Shown here: piece by piece, positions 9,287 through 18,700 of the stretch | Numbering within the stretch: the stretch's first letter is position 1 | How the letters are laid out: the number at the start of each line of letters is the position of its first letter | From: Terriglobia bacterium | Lineage (GTDB): Bacteria; Acidobacteriota; Terriglobia; Bryobacterales; Bryobacteraceae | Assembly: GCA_020073265.1 (NCBI GenBank) | Contig: JAIQFN010000005.1 | Coordinates: 76,110 to 140,109, forward strand | Reading direction: 5' to 3' | Length of the DNA stretch: 64,000 bases | Position numbers and translations under genes: made by a program | Notes under the pieces: generated by a model | What the model was told of the DNA's origin: nothing | Database searches by the model: none | What the model saw: only the letters and a program-made list of their open reading frames with translations

Positions 9287-10950
9287 CCACGTGGCGCACG
9301 CACTCCTGCGTGCCGCGTTCACACTCGTGTGAACGCCTGCTGCTAGCCGTAGAGAACTCGCTAGCCACGCTGGCCCGCCGCAAAACACTAGCCATCCTGC
9401 TAGTCGGCCTGACCTCCCTCGCCGCCCGCGCCCTGCTGCTCCCCATCCTGCCCGTTCCCAAGCCGGCCATTCAAGACGAATTCAGCTACCTGCTCGCCGC
9501 CGACACGTTTGCATCCGGCCGCCTGGCGAATCCAACTCCAGCTTTCCCCGAGCATTTCGAGACGCTCCAGGTATTGATGCACCCCACCTACGCGTCCAAA
9601 TATCCGCCGCTCTCGGGACTCGTGCTGGCCTTGGGACAGAAGCTCGCCGGTCAACCCTGGTTCGGCATCTTGCTCGCCACCGGCTTGCTGTCGGCCGCGA
9701 TTTGCTGGGCGCTCCAAGGCTGGCTGCCCGCTCCCTGGGCCTTGGCCGCGAGCGCGATCGCGGTGGTCCAGATCGGCATCGTCAGTTATTGGACCGAAAG
9801 CTATTGGGGCGGAACCTGCGCGGCCATCGGCGGAGCATTGCTGATCGGCGCCGTTCCGCGTCTGATCCGCCGCCCGTCTCCGTGGCCTGCCTTGGCGTTT
9901 GCCGCCGGACTCGCAGCGCTCGCTAACACGCGGCCCTACGAAGGACTGGTGCTGGCGATAGTCTGCTCGGCTGGCCTGGTCTATGGCTTCTGGCGCCGCC
10001 GGCTCGGAATCGGCCTGCTGGCGAAATCCGCGATTCTCCCCGCCGCCGCGCTGCTGGTTCCGGTCCTGGCTTGGATGGCTTACTACAACTACCGGGTCAC
10101 CGGAAATCCATTCGAGCTGCCCTACGTGGAGCACGAACGGCAATACGCAATCTGGTCGCCCTTGCTGTGGCACACCGCACCGGGTCCTACACCGGCCTAC
10201 AGCAATTCGTTTCTCGAGTATTTCTGGACCCAGGCCGACAGCCACGACAAGCTGGAAGCGCGCGAGCACCTGTTGAAGACGCACGTTTCCGATCTGTTCC
10301 ATCTCGGCCGTTTCTATCTGGGCCTGCCGCTGATGATTTGCATGCTCGGATTCGCCCGCCCGTTGTGGAAGGATCCAACGGCCCGGAGCGCTTTCTTCCT
10401 GCTGGCGGCGTTCTATGCGGGAGCAGCTCTCGACGCACGCCTGTTCCCCCACTATGCCGCGCCGGCCGCCGCGCTGGCTTACATCCTGGCCGGTTGCACG
10501 CTGCGCGCCGCCAGAAACGCCTGGCCGGGACGGTTCAGCGAGCGCATCTATGTCCCTTGGGCGCTCATGAGCGCGCTGGTTGCGATCGCCGCGCTGGGAC
10601 TCCTCTCGCCTGACAATCGCTACCTGTTCGGCTCCATCGATTACCATGTCCGGGCCAAACGAGCCAGCGTGATGGAAAAATTGGAGTCTGTGCCTGGCGA
10701 TCACCTGGTACTGGTGCGTTACGGCCCGCAACATGAGCCGTACGAGGAATTCGTCTATAACCGGGCCGATATCGATCGATCGCGAGTCATTTGGGCTCGC
10801 TCGCTCTCACCGCAGAAGGATCTGAGATTGATCGAGTCCTATCCGGCGCGACAGGTCTGGCTCTTAGACGACGACCAGGACCTGAAGCTCACCCGTCTCA
10901 TAACCAGTAGCGACAAAGGTACTATGATCACCCAATTACAGTATGAGTAA
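9283..10950 (+). CDS. polytopic membrane protein, GT-C glycosyltransferase-like (paralog of 13939..15630); start uncertain
   Basis: Many hydrophobic segments. First-loop motif PAIQDEFSYLLAAD. Conserved C-terminal soluble part HLVLVRYGPQ…VIWARSL…RQVWLLD. ATG 9283 gives an ATGA overlap with the previous stop, but translation from it would run through the REP-like element (9291-9336). Similarity to the paralog begins only at LARRKTLAILL (~9370). Confidence 0.7.
   Translation: MTTWRTHSCVPRSHSCERLLLAVENSLATLARRKTLAILLVGLTSLAARALLLPILPVPKPAIQDEFSYLLAADTFASGRLANPTPAFPEHFETLQVLMHPTYASKYPPLSGLVLALGQKLAGQPWFGILLATGLLSAAICWALQGWLPAPWALAASAIAVVQIGIVSYWTESYWGGTCAAIGGALLIGAVPRLIRRPSPWPALAFAAGLAALANTRPYEGLVLAIVCSAGLVYGFWRRRLGIGLLAKSAILPAAALLVPVLAWMAYYNYRVTGNPFELPYVEHERQYAIWSPLLWHTAPGPTPAYSNSFLEYFWTQADSHDKLEAREHLLKTHVSDLFHLGRFYLGLPLMICMLGFARPLWKDPTARSAFFLLAAFYAGAALDARLFPHYAAPAAALAYILAGCTLRAARNAWPGRFSERIYVPWALMSALVAIAALGLLSPDNRYLFGSIDYHVRAKRASVMEKLESVPGDHLVLVRYGPQHEPYEEFVYNRADIDRSRVIWARSLSPQKDLRLIESYPARQVWLLDDDQDLKLTRLITSSDKGTMITQLQYE
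9291..9336 (+). repeat. 46-nt REP-like double-hairpin element, copy 1
   Basis: gtggcGCACGCActccTGCGTGCcGCGTTCACActcgTGTGAACGC has a 7-bp and a 9-bp stem. It matches the reverse complement of 49224-49269 at 45 of 46 positions. Confidence 0.65.
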
Positions 10951-11062
10951 CTGGGCGAATTTGAGTTCGCTCTAGGTACTTAATCTGATTTAAGCGTACC
11001 GGATTGGGGTGATATTGTTTCTCTAGCGATGGCGAAACCATCGCGGGGAGAGGAGAAAGCAA

Positions 11063-11260
11063 ATGACACGTTTCACTAATCTGGTTCTGAAACTGAAGGT
11101 CTGGAAAGACACGCGCGGACAGGATCTCATCGAGTACGCGTTGATGGCTGGCTTCGTGGCGGTTGCCGCGGGCGCAGTCATGCCGGGTGTGTCCAGCAGC
11201 ATCAGCACGATCTTCAGCAAGATCTCCAGTGTGATGTCGGTTGCCGCATCGCAGAGCTAA
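11063..11260 (+). CDS. flp: Flp/Fap-family type IVb prepilin
   Basis: 65 aa. SD-like ggagaggag lies upstream. KDTRGQDLIEYALMAGFVAVAAGAV matches the Flp motif (G/xxxxEY plus a hydrophobic helix). Ser-rich C-terminal tail. Confidence 0.75.
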   Translation: MTRFTNLVLKLKVWKDTRGQDLIEYALMAGFVAVAAGAVMPGVSSSISTIFSKISSVMSVAASQS

Positions 11261-11329
11261 ATTGTTCTGGCGGGTAGGCGAGCGGGCCCCCTCGCTCGTC
11301 TATCCTGCTCTGTAGTCCCCGGGTCCGGC

Positions 11330-12613
11330 TTAACTTACACCCGCCTTGGCCGGCTCGCGAGCTAGTCCACTTAGGTTCCCCGCTTCATCGAACTCCATCG
11401 TTTCGGGCGGTCCCACTATCTCCAGCGCCGGGTTTTTCTCGATTTCGCCTCGCAGATTCTCGCTCAGTTTCAGGAAGCCTAGCTCCAGCGAATTTCTGAT
11501 CCAGCCGTAAGTCACTTCCGAGAGGTCCACCTTGCCCACGGTCGGCGCAATGCGCTCCAGGCACTCGCGGTCGCTTGAAAAATGAATCGGCGTCCGGATG
11601 GCCGTCGGGGTGGAGGCCGTCAGCGAGTTGATGCGCGTGGCATTCCAGTCGGTCTTTTCGAGCAAGCGGTCGTGAATCACGTCCGCCATCCCCAGCCCGA
11701 TCGCGTTGCCGTAGCTGTGGCTGCCCAGGTCGCGGATAAAAATGCGCTCGATGCGCGCCAACTCCCCCCAGGGATTCGATTCGCCGTACACGCTGCGGTT
11801 CACCACCTTGGTGTCCATGCCGGCGCCGCTGATGTTCTTGCCGATCTCGTCCAGGATCAGAATATCGAGCGGCAGCGGAATGCGGCCCATCCAGCTCTTC
11901 ACCAACTCGAGCAGCTCTTCTTCGGTGCGCTCCATGTCCCCGGCCGCGACGGCGGTCAACCGCGCGGTGTTGTGATTGGCGTCCTCGAGAATCGCCAGGC
12001 CGCCCACCACCTTGCCCGACTTGAGCGCCTGTCGCCCGACGCTGCGGATGACATGCTCCAGCCCCAGCTTGTAGGCGTAGGTGTGATAGCGCTGCGCTCC
12101 GGCGAACTTGCCGAGGCCGATGGCCAGCATCTTGAACAGGCCGCTCTCGATCCGGCCGGAAAAGTCGGTGTGCCACTTCACGCGGCCCACCAGCATCACG
12201 CCGTCGCTCTCAAAAGCGTTGCGATCCATGAAGGCTTCGATGCCGTCGGCGGTCTTGCCGAGCGAAACCACGTCCAGCGCGCTGACGATGGGGCATCCCA
12301 TGGCGGCTTGATCGATTCCGTAATGCGCCAGCACGCTGGCCTGGCCTTCCGCGGTGGCCGCGCCATGACTGCCCATGGCCGGGAAAATGAACGGGACGCA
12401 GTCTTGCGATTTCCAGTAGTCCACCACGGCCCGCACGATAGTCGCGATGTTCGCAATGCCGCGGCTGCCGACGCCCAGCGCCACCCGAGACCCGGGCCGC
12501 AGGCCCGCGCCGAATCCTGAAGCCGCCAGCTCCCGCCGGACCTCGCCGGCCACATCTCGAATGGCGTGGTCCGGGAAATGTTGCCGCACCGGAAGCAGCC
12601 TGGGTATTTGCAT
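11330..12613 (-). CDS. LarA-like / DUF2088-type (lactate racemase N-terminal domain family) protein
   Basis: 427 aa from MQIPRLLPVRQHFP. FPAMGSHGAATAEGQ and GRVKWHTDFSG…GLGK resemble the LarA ATGTHR and K/H regions. The family call is from memory, so moderate. Confidence 0.5.
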   Translation of the reverse strand: MQIPRLLPVRQHFPDHAIRDVAGEVRRELAASGFGAGLRPGSRVALGVGSRGIANIATIVRAVVDYWKSQDCVPFIFPAMGSHGAATAEGQASVLAHYGIDQAAMGCPIVSALDVVSLGKTADGIEAFMDRNAFESDGVMLVGRVKWHTDFSGRIESGLFKMLAIGLGKFAGAQRYHTYAYKLGLEHVIRSVGRQALKSGKVVGGLAILEDANHNTARLTAVAAGDMERTEEELLELVKSWMGRIPLPLDILILDEIGKNISGAGMDTKVVNRSVYGESNPWGELARIERIFIRDLGSHSYGNAIGLGMADVIHDRLLEKTDWNATRINSLTASTPTAIRTPIHFSSDRECLERIAPTVGKVDLSEVTYGWIRNSLELGFLKLSENLRGEIEKNPALEIVGPPETMEFDEAGNLSGLAREPAKAGVS

Positions 12614-12647
12614 TGTTGAATGCCCTCTCTGTTCATCATAATGGGAC

Positions 12648-13934
12648 TTGCCGTCCCTCACAGGCGCCCGACCTTCGCTTGCGACGCTGCTCGTCCTGGC
12701 GGCCCTGGTTTTCCTCGCGTATTCGCCCGCGCTCACGCAGCCGCTGCTCGAAGACGACTATCCCAATATCGTCCTGGCGCAGCACTACGGCCCGGTGTCG
12801 GACTGGCCGCGGATGTTCCACGACGCCGTCTTCCGGCTGCGAACCACCACCTGGCTGATGATGTACGGTCTGAATGCGATGTTCGGCATGCACGCGGCCG
12901 CCTACTACGCGGCCATGATCCTGCTGCAAGTCCTGAACACCTGGCTGGTCTACCTGCTCGGAATCTGGCGTCCGCTCGGCTTCGGTGTGAGCACCTTCGC
13001 CGCCGGTTTCTTCGCGGTCTATGAGGGCCATCAGGAAGCGGTGATGTGGCTGTCGGGATCCACCGAGCCGTTGCTGGTGTTCTTCGGGCTGCTGTCGTTT
13101 CTGTTCTGGATCCGCTTTCTGGATGCGCGGGGCCTGGCATGGTACGCCGCTTCGCTGCTCGCTTTCTCCCTGGCGCTGCTCTCCAAGGAGTCGGCCGTGA
13201 TCCTGGTTCCGCTGCTGGCGCTTCCGGTGGCGATGGATCGTCAAATGTGGCGCCGCGTGCTCTGGCTCCTTCCGTTCGCGGTGCTGGCGTCGCTGGCCGC
13301 GATCTCGCTCTTCCTGGCCCGCTCCTACTCGTTTCGTTTTCGCGATGGCAGCTTCGCTCTGGACGCGCCGGTCTGGCTGACTTGGCCTCTGAATTTCGGA
13401 AGGCTCTTCTGGTTTTGGGGCCTGCTCAGCCTGATCGCCATCCTGGTTTGGAAACCGGACGGATATCGCCGCATCCTGAACTTCGCATTGGCCTGGACGG
13501 GCGCGAGCTTGATCCCGTACTCGTTCCTTACTTATTCCAAGCGCATTCCCAGCCGGCAGCTCCATCTCGCCAGCGTGGGCGTCGCGATTGTGGTCGGATT
13601 CGCGCTGCTGAACTTGTTCGAACGATACTGGCCCAAGCGCCGCGTCGCCGTCGTCGCTCTCTGCGCGCTGATCGTCGCGCACAACGTCATTTATCTCTGG
13701 ACCAAGAAGCGCGGCCAATTCCTGGAACGCGCGGCGCCCACCCAACAACTCATCGCGCTGGCACGCGTCACGCGCGGACCCATCTACGTGAAGTGCTTCC
13801 CCCGCACGCCGCTCATCGCGCAAGCCGCCGTGCAGCTCATGATCGACGCCCAGGCGGCCGATTCCCTGCTCTGGACTCCCGAGCAAGCGCGCGCGCATCC
13901 GGGCGCGGTCACATTCTGCTATCCCCAGCGCTGA
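12648..13934 (+). CDS. polytopic membrane protein, GT-C (PMT_2/ArnT-like) glycosyltransferase candidate
   Basis: TTG start; there is no in-frame ATG before the conserved loop. At least nine hydrophobic segments. Acidic loop-1 motif LLEDDYPNI. Contains …[14 protein letters not shown]…. Confidence 0.6.
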   Translation: MPSLTGARPSLATLLVLAALVFLAYSPALTQPLLEDDYPNIVLAQHYGPVSDWPRMFHDAVFRLRTTTWLMMYGLNAMFGMHAAAYYAAMILLQVLNTWLVYLLGIWRPLGFGVSTFAAGFFAVYEGHQEAVMWLSGSTEPLLVFFGLLSFLFWIRFLDARGLAWYAASLLAFSLALLSKESAVILVPLLALPVAMDRQMWRRVLWLLPFAVLASLAAISLFLARSYSFRFRDGSFALDAPVWLTWPLNFGRLFWFWGLLSLIAILVWKPDGYRRILNFALAWTGASLIPYSFLTYSKRIPSRQLHLASVGVAIVVGFALLNLFERYWPKRRVAVVALCALIVAHNVIYLWTKKRGQFLERAAPTQQLIALARVTRGPIYVKCFPRTPLIAQAAVQLMIDAQAADSLLWTPEQARAHPGAVTFCYPQR

Positions 13935-13938
13935 CGCC

Positions 13939-15630
13939 ATGCTCGAGTTCTTTCTTTACCTCATCGCCGGCGTCGGATATGGGTTCTACTTCGACCTGAA
14001 TCCGCTGGAGACCGCACTGGTCGCGCTGGTGATCCTGTGCCTGTGGCGCCGCTGGCTTCCCGCGTTTCGTTTCGAGCGCGCCTGGCGGTGGTGCATTCGT
14101 CTGGCGCAGCGACCCAGGATCGCCGTGGCCAGCGTTTTCCTGGCGGCGCTCGCGGTTCGCGCGGCGCTCCTTCCGGCATTTCCCGTTCCTGCGCCGGTGG
14201 TCACCGACGAGTTCAGCCACCTGTTGATCGCCGACACGCTGGCCCACGGCCGGCTGACCAATCCCACGCATCCGATGTGGGAGCACTTCGAGAGCATTCA
14301 CATCATCCAGCAGCCGACTTACAATTCGGACTATTTCCCCGGACAAGGAGCGCTGCTCGCCGTAGGAAAACTGCTGGGGCATCCATGGATCGCGGTGTGG
14401 CTGTCCACGGCCGCGATGTGCGCTGCGCTGTGCTGGATGCTGCAGGCCTGGGTTCCGCCGGCTTGGGCGCTTTTCGGCTCGCTGCTCGCCGTGCTGCGCT
14501 TCGGGATCGCGAGCTATTGGGTCAACGGTTACTACGGCGGATGTCTGGCGGCGATCGGAGGCGCGCTGGCGCTGGGAGCTTATCCACGCTTGCTGCGCCG
14601 GCCGGGGCTCGGGACGTCGCTGCTGTTTGGGATCGGAGTGGCGATCATCGGCTACACGCGACCGTTCGAAGGACTCGCGGTCGCAGTGCCCGCGGCGGCG
14701 GCGCTGGCGTTCGCGATACTGAGAGGACGCCCTCGCGTTTGGGTCGCCATTCCGGCGCTGGCCGTCGCAGCGGCCGGAGTCGCGGGACTCCTGGTCTACG
14801 ATCAGGCCGTCACCGGCGATCCGCTGCGAACGCCATACGCGGTGAACCAAGCCACCTACGGATGGCCGATGACGCTTCCGTGGTTCCATCCAACCGAGCC
14901 GCAGTTCCGAAACGTCGAGCTCAAACGCTACTACGACTACGAGCGCGACGTTCATGAGCGCAACTCCTCCGCCATCGACCTGCTCAAGAACAGCACGCTC
15001 AAAGCGCAGGAACTCTGGCGCTTCTACTTCGGGCCCGCGCTCTCGATCCCGCTCATCATGCTTCCCCAGGTCTGGCGGAGCCGGCGACTGCGGTTGCTTC
15101 TCGCGGCCGGCTCGCTCACGGTGCTGGCCTCGCTGATCGAGACCGGTTCGGCGCCTCACTACGCCGCCGCTGCCACGGGATGCTTTCTAGCCGTGTGCGT
15201 GGAATGTTTCCGCCGGCTGTGCAAGCGCCGTTACGGCGTTCAGCTCGCCATCGCGGCTCCTGCCATCGTGTTGCTGATCCTGGCGGTGCGAATCGGACTG
15301 GAGAAATCCCACCTGCCCTTTACGCAACGGGTGAACTACGAGTCCTGGTGCTGCGTGAAGCCTGGCAATCCGAACAAGGCGCGCATCCTTGCCATGCTGG
15401 AGCAAAACGGCGGGAGGCATCTGGTGCTGGTGAGGCCGAAGACCGATCCCGACAACGTCTTCCAGTGGATTTACAACGCCGCCGACATCGATGCATCGCC
15501 GGTGGTGTGGGCGCGCGACATGGGCGGCCAGGAAAACCAAGCGCTGCTCAAGTATTTCCACGACCGCCAGGTGTGGCTGCTCGATCCCAACGTAGAGCCG
15601 CCGCAGATCGCGCCCTTCACGCCGCCCTGA
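13939..15630 (+). CDS. polytopic membrane protein, GT-C-like (paralog of 9283..10950)
   Basis: Aligns by eye with the 9283 gene: [33 protein letters not shown] vs PAIQDEFSYLLAADTFASGRLANPTPAFPEHFE, and HLVLVRPK…VVWARDM…RQVWLLD vs HLVLVRYG…VIWARSL…RQVWLLD. Confidence 0.75.
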   Translation: MLEFFLYLIAGVGYGFYFDLNPLETALVALVILCLWRRWLPAFRFERAWRWCIRLAQRPRIAVASVFLAALAVRAALLPAFPVPAPVVTDEFSHLLIADTLAHGRLTNPTHPMWEHFESIHIIQQPTYNSDYFPGQGALLAVGKLLGHPWIAVWLSTAAMCAALCWMLQAWVPPAWALFGSLLAVLRFGIASYWVNGYYGGCLAAIGGALALGAYPRLLRRPGLGTSLLFGIGVAIIGYTRPFEGLAVAVPAAAALAFAILRGRPRVWVAIPALAVAAAGVAGLLVYDQAVTGDPLRTPYAVNQATYGWPMTLPWFHPTEPQFRNVELKRYYDYERDVHERNSSAIDLLKNSTLKAQELWRFYFGPALSIPLIMLPQVWRSRRLRLLLAAGSLTVLASLIETGSAPHYAAAATGCFLAVCVECFRRLCKRRYGVQLAIAAPAIVLLILAVRIGLEKSHLPFTQRVNYESWCCVKPGNPNKARILAMLEQNGGRHLVLVRPKTDPDNVFQWIYNAADIDASPVVWARDMGGQENQALLKYFHDRQVWLLDPNVEPPQIAPFTPP

Positions 15631-15740
15631 TCCGCGGATCTGCTTCAATACTACAGCGCGGCAGACCATCTGGCTTCAATGACCGGTTTTTTGGGGATTC
15701 TCCGTTGATATTAAGTGAGACCATTCGGAAGGAATCTACC

Positions 15741-18700
15741 TTGAAACTATCGGCGACCCTCAGTGCCCGGATCCCGGCCCTTCGATTTTGTGATGGAATT
15801 ATCCTTTTTGCACTTGCGCTCGGTTTAACAGCGGCCGAGCCGGCCCGCCACCACGGCCAGCGTCTCGACGTTTCCTTCGCTCCCTCAGAGACTCGACTGC
15901 AGCTCCCGTTTGAGAGTGCGCGAAACGCCACCTCCCTGAAACTGCTCGGATACGGCTATGGCGATCGGCTTCTGACGCCCGAGCCGGCGCAGCTTCGCTC
16001 GACTGGCAACCGGACCGAATACCGGCGCGGCGCGTTGACCGAGTGGTACGTCAACGACGCCCGAGGACTGGAGCAGGGTTTCACCTTGAACACGCGGCCG
16101 GTCCCGGCGCCCGGAAAGGGTCCGCTGGTAATCGCTCTGGCGGTGAGCGGCGGCCTGCACCCCGAGTTGAATTCGCCGGCCGATGTCAGCTTGCTCGACT
16201 CCTCCGGCCTCGCAGTCCTGCGCTACAGCGACCTGCGCTCTTGGGACGCTGAACGCCGGCCCTTGCCCGCGCGACTGAAAGTCGACGGCCGCCAAATCCG
16301 GCTGATGGTCGACGACAGCCGCGCCACCTATCCCATTACCATCGATCCGCTGGTCAGCCCGATCATCTTTATAGCCAGCGACGGATCCAGCGCCGACCAC
16401 TTCGGTACGTCCATCGCCGTGGATGGAAACATTGCCGTGGTCGGAGCTCCGGGCCATGGCGGCGGTCAAGGCGAGGCTGTCGTCTTCGCGCGCTCGGGAA
16501 ACACCTGGACACAACAGGCCGTATTGTTGGCGTCCGACCGCGCTCGCGGCGATCAATTCGGAGTGTCGGTCTCCGTGAGCGGCACAACGGCGGTTGTCGG
16601 AGCCAGCGGCCGAGCCTCCGGCCAGGGAGCAGCCTATGTGTTTGTTCAATCCGGCACTACCTGGACGCAGCAGGCGGAGCTGACGTCTTCAGACGCAGCC
16701 GCCGGCGACGCCTTCGGTGCTGCGGTCTCGTTGAGTGGAACCACTGCGGTGATCGGCGCAAGCAGTAAAGGCTCGGGCCGGGGAGCAGCCTACGTTTTTG
16801 CCGGTTCGGGCGGCGTCTGGACGCAGCAGGCCGCACTCTCGTCCACCGATGGCGCGGCCGGCGATGCGTTCGGTTTTTCGGTTTCGGTGAACGGCGACAC
16901 GGCCGTCGTGGGGGCCTACGCGAAATCCAACAACCAGGGAGCTGCTTATGTATTCGTGCGCTCGGCGGGCGCCTGGAGCCAGCAGGCCAAGCTCGCCGCT
17001 ATCGCCCTCGCCAGCGATGCGGAGTTCGGATATTCGGTTTCAGTAAACGCCGACACGGCCGTGGTTGGCACGCGCTCGGCGTCCTTCGCCACCGGAAACG
17101 CATACGTTTTCGTACGCACGGGTACGACTTGGAACCAACAGGCCCACCTGACGTCCCCGGGCGACTCCGGCGCGGATGAGTTCGGCATCACCGTGGCTGT
17201 GAACGGTGACACCATCTTGTGTGCCGAACCGTTCAACTCGCAGGCCTTTGGTGAAGCGTACATTTTTGTCCGCTCCGGTTCCACCTGGACCCCGCAGCCT
17301 AAACTAACAGCCTCCGACGGCGCCAACGGCGACGTGTTCAGCACGGCCCTGGCTCTGAGCGCGGACACCGTGATGGCGGCGAGCCCGGGCAAAACCAGCG
17401 GCCAGGGCGAAGCCTACGTATTTGCGCACACCGGCAGCGCGTGGACCCAGCAAGCCATTCTCAAGACGGCTGGTGGGTCGAGTTCCGACGGTTTCGGAGG
17501 ATCCGTCGCGGTCAGCGGGGACACCGCCGTGATCGCCTCGGCGTCTCAAGCTTCGGGTCAAGGCGCTGTCTACGTTTTTCAACGAGCCGGAGCGAACTGG
17601 GCTCAGCAGGCCAAGTTGATTGCCTCCGACGCTGCTGCTGGCGACAATTTCGGAACTGCCGCCATCGATGGCGACACCGCTCTCATCGGGGCCCCGTCGA
17701 AAGGCAACCAGGGCGCCGCATACGTGTTCATTCGATCCGGCGGCGCCTGGACCCAACAAGCCAAGCTGGTGGCTTCCGATGCCGCCAACAACGACTTCTT
17801 CGGCACGTCCGTGTCCATCCAGGGCGACACCGCCGTCCTGGGAGCCAACGGCAGATCCTCCAATCAGGGGGTGGCCTACGTCTTCGTGCGATCGGGAACC
17901 ACTTGGACCCAACAGGCCAAGCTGTCCGCTTCCGACGCCGGGTTTCAGGGTTCCTTTGGCAGTTGCGTGTCGGTGAGCGGCGACACGATCGTGGTCGGGG
18001 CTAGGAGCAAGGCCAATTTCCAGGGCGGCGCATACGTTTATTTGCGGTCGGGAACAACATGGACCGAACAGAGCAAGCTGGCGCCATCGGACTCCGCGAC
18101 CGGCGACAACTTTGGTCTGTCTTGCTCGCTCGAAGGCGACACGGCTATTGTCAGCGCCTACGGTAAGAATGGCGCGGCCGGCGCGGTCTACGCGTTTGCC
18201 CGTTCTGGAACCACCTGGTCTCAGCAGGCCAAGCTGACCGCTTCCGACGGCGCCACCCGGGACATCTTCGGTTATTCTCTTTCGCTGAACGACAACCTGG
18301 CTCTCATCGGAGCCTATCAACATGCCGGACAAGGCGCGGCTTATCTCTTCGCGCGCTCGGGCGCCACTTGGACTCAGCAACTCGAACTCAATGCTCCCGA
18401 CGCCGCCAGCGGCGATGCATTCGGCTTCTCCGTCTCGCTATACAAGGGCACAATGCTGGCGGGAGCATCCGGAAAATTCGCACAACTTGGCGAGGCCTAT
18501 CTGTTTCCCATGCCTTTCGTCTCCACCGGCGGCGTCGTCAACGGCGCGGGCTTTCAAAGCCCGGTAGCGCAAGGATCGCTGACTACCATCTTCGGAAACA
18601 ACTTCAGCACCGCGGATACGCTGGCGTCCCAAGTGCCGTTTCCGCAGTCGTTGAACGGAGTCTCGGTGTCCATCAACAACTCGCCCGCCCCGATGCAATT

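Noticed and set aside
8291-9388. Long antisense or alternative-frame ORFs throughout the window. Examples: 8291..9388(-), 9400..10734(-), 12636..13940(-), 13909..15159(-), 22755..24137(+), 24649..26988(+), 39008..40741(-), 52982..54292(-), 56762..58357(-), 61217..62455(+), 62525..63628(+).
   Set aside because: Their translations are Arg/Gly/Ala/His/Pro-rich, low-complexity and motif-free. The opposite strand or another frame encodes clearly recognisable domains. These are typical shadow ORFs of high-GC DNA.
11277-11300. Hairpin GGCGAGCG-N8-CGCTCGTC between the convergent flp and LarA-like genes, considered as a bidirectional terminator.
   Set aside because: The stem is short and includes a G-U pair, and there is no U-tract on either strand. 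Support is insufficient.
15180-15740. N-terminal 187 codons of the 1338-aa track ORF as part of the FG-GAP protein. Similar 5' extensions occur at 8003-8320, 8503-9282, 12614-12736, 20529-20942, 38690-39010, 41462-41578, 47150-47311 and 55383-55496.
   Set aside because: These extensions overlap the preceding well-supported genes or run through intergenic DNA, and they translate to Arg/Pro-rich nonsense. Internal starts with signal peptides, SD sequences or stop/start overlaps fit better.
16370-18510. A regular ~141-nt periodic repeat that could be mistaken for a CRISPR-like or satellite array.
   Set aside because: The repeats are in frame, diverged and contiguous (no unique spacers). They translate into FG-GAP-like blades of one long protein.
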